Of a stretch of 64,000 nt of DNA, positions 62,678 to 64,000 are shown piece by piece. The stretch lies in assembly GCA_965203555.1 (NCBI GenBank), contig CBDBCY010000004.1, positions 352,001 through 416,000 of the forward strand, written 5' to 3'. The DNA is from Acidimicrobiia bacterium. Lineage in GTDB: Bacteria; Actinomycetota; Acidimicrobiia; Spongiisociales; ZC4RG35. Position 1 is the stretch's first letter; each line of letters starts with the position of its first letter. The translations under genes were made by a program, and so were the position numbers. The notes below the pieces were generated by a model. It saw nothing but the letters and a program-made list of their open reading frames with translations. It did no database searches and was not told where the DNA came from.

Positions 62678-64000
62678 ATGACTTCGGGCTATGTGGAACT
62701 TCACGCAAAGAGCTTCTATTCCTTCGGGGTGGGAGCATCACACGTCCACGAACTGCTGGCCCGGGCCAAGGAATACAGGTATTCGGCCATGGCCCTCACC
62801 GACACCAACCTGTGCGGCGCCCTGGAGTTCGCCCGCCTGGCCAACAGCCTGGGCATCCGGCCCATCACCGGCGGAGAGTTGACCATGACAGACGACACGC
62901 GGCTGACCCTTCTGGCCGGGACGCGCACCGGATACGCCAACCTGTCCCGGCTGTTCACCCTGGCCAACGGTGCGGACCGCCGGAACCCGCGCCTCGACCC
63001 CGAGCACCTGCCGGCGCATTCGGAAGGGCTGTTCCTCCTTGCCGGAGGGCGCGACAGCCGTCTGTCTCGACTGGCGCTCTCCGGCCGGCATTCGGAGGCC
63101 CGTGATCTTCTCGGCGGGTACCGGGAATGGTTCGGCCCCGACAGGGTGTACGTGGAGGTGCAGCAGAACCTCCTGGAGGGCGACACCCGGCGCAACCGGG
63201 AACTGTCGTCCCTGGCTCACGCCGAAGGTGTGCCGGTGGTGGCCACCAACGACGTCCACTATCACACGCCGGAGCGCTACCGACTGCAGAACGCGCTGGT
63301 GGCCGCCGGGCACAACATCACCATGGACCAGGCTCTCCCCTACATCAGACCCAACCATCACCTCTCTCTCAAGTCTCCCGAACAGATGGAGCGGTTGTTC
63401 CGCCACCTCCCCGAGGCGGTCTCCAACACTTCAAGGATCGCCGACCAGTGCTCTTTCGATCTCAGCACCGACCTCGGTTACCGCCTTCCCGAGCCGGAAG
63501 TGCCGGAGGGGCACACACCCGACAGCTACCTTCGAGAACTCTGCCACCAGGCCGCTCTCCGCCGCTACGGATCCGTCTCGCCGCCGGTCCGGGATCGCCT
63601 GTCCGAGGAGTTCCGGCTGATAGAGACGCATGGTCTGGCCGGTTTCCTGTTGCTCTACCGGCAGATCGCCCTCATTGCGCAGGAGATCATGGAGGAAGAG
63701 GGTCTGGCGCCTCCCGGCACACCGCTCGAGGAACAGCCGCCCGGGAGAGGGCGAGGGTCATCGGTGGCCCTTCTGGTGGGGTATCTGATCGGCATCAGCC
63801 ACGTCGATCCTCTCCGGTGGAAGCTCACCCTGGAACGGTTCATCTCAGACGACACCACCCTCCTCCCCGACATCGACCTCGACTTTCCCCGTCACCTCCG
63901 CGACAAGCTCATCGGGCGGATCCACCAACACTTCGGCCCCGAATACGCGGTTCTCGCCGGCGCCATCTCCACCTACACCGCCAAGGGCATCATCCAGGAC
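62678..64000 (+). CDS. dnaE2: Error-prone DNA polymerase III alpha (runs off the window)
   Basis: MTSGYVELHAKSFYSF, ALTDTN, ATNDVHY, GRGSS, PDIDLDF in one open frame; absent from the ORF track because there is no stop in the window. Confidence 0.92.
   Translation, partial: MTSGYVELHAKSFYSFGVGASHVHELLARAKEYRYSAMALTDTNLCGALEFARLANSLGIRPITGGELTMTDDTRLTLLAGTRTGYANLSRLFTLANGADRRNPRLDPEHLPAHSEGLFLLAGGRDSRLSRLALSGRHSEARDLLGGYREWFGPDRVYVEVQQNLLEGDTRRNRELSSLAHAEGVPVVATNDVHYHTPERYRLQNALVAAGHNITMDQALPYIRPNHHLSLKSPEQMERLFRHLPEAVSNTSRIADQCSFDLSTDLGYRLPEPEVPEGHTPDSYLRELCHQAALRRYGSVSPPVRDRLSEEFRLIETHGLAGFLLLYRQIALIAQEIMEEEGLAPPGTPLEEQPPGRGRGSSVALLVGYLIGISHVDPLRWKLTLERFISDDTTLLPDIDLDFPRHLRDKLIGRIHQHFGPEYAVLAGAISTYTAKGIIQD

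Overview
High-GC bacterial DNA, most likely Actinomycetota (inferred Acidimicrobiia-like, from clpC1, carD, disA, LytR_C and an actinobacterial LexA box). Bases 1-32.8 kb are mostly housekeeping: a binding-protein/sensor-kinase pair, an orphan MAD3/MAD4-like ATPase pair, clpC, a Qng1 queuosine-salvage gene divergent from a nucleoside ABC transporter, disA-carD-ispF-cysS-rlmB, tRNA-Thr, an unannotated UGA-containing (Sec) peroxiredoxin-like gene, and tRNA-Arg(CCT). The main finding is a 22.8-kb cargo transposon (32826-55645). It has imperfect 13-bp terminal inverted repeats and an exact 8-bp target duplication (ACAAGGGC) equal to the first 8 nt of tRNA-Arg. Its core is a decayed DDE-type transposase coupled to a tyrosine-recombinase-fold protein lacking most catalytic residues, plus a divergent HTH gene. 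Its cargo is largely defence-like: a DrmD fragment, a type ISP-like R-M enzyme with a C11 tract, an OLD nuclease, HEPN-like genes, a protease and a PD-(D/E)xK protein. A second related end sits directly after the right target duplication, suggesting repeated insertion at the tRNA 5' boundary. The window ends with a lipoprotein, an intact IS21 that splits a small membrane gene, and a LexA-boxed imuB-dnaE2 cassette. All family calls are from motif recognition; no database search was run.
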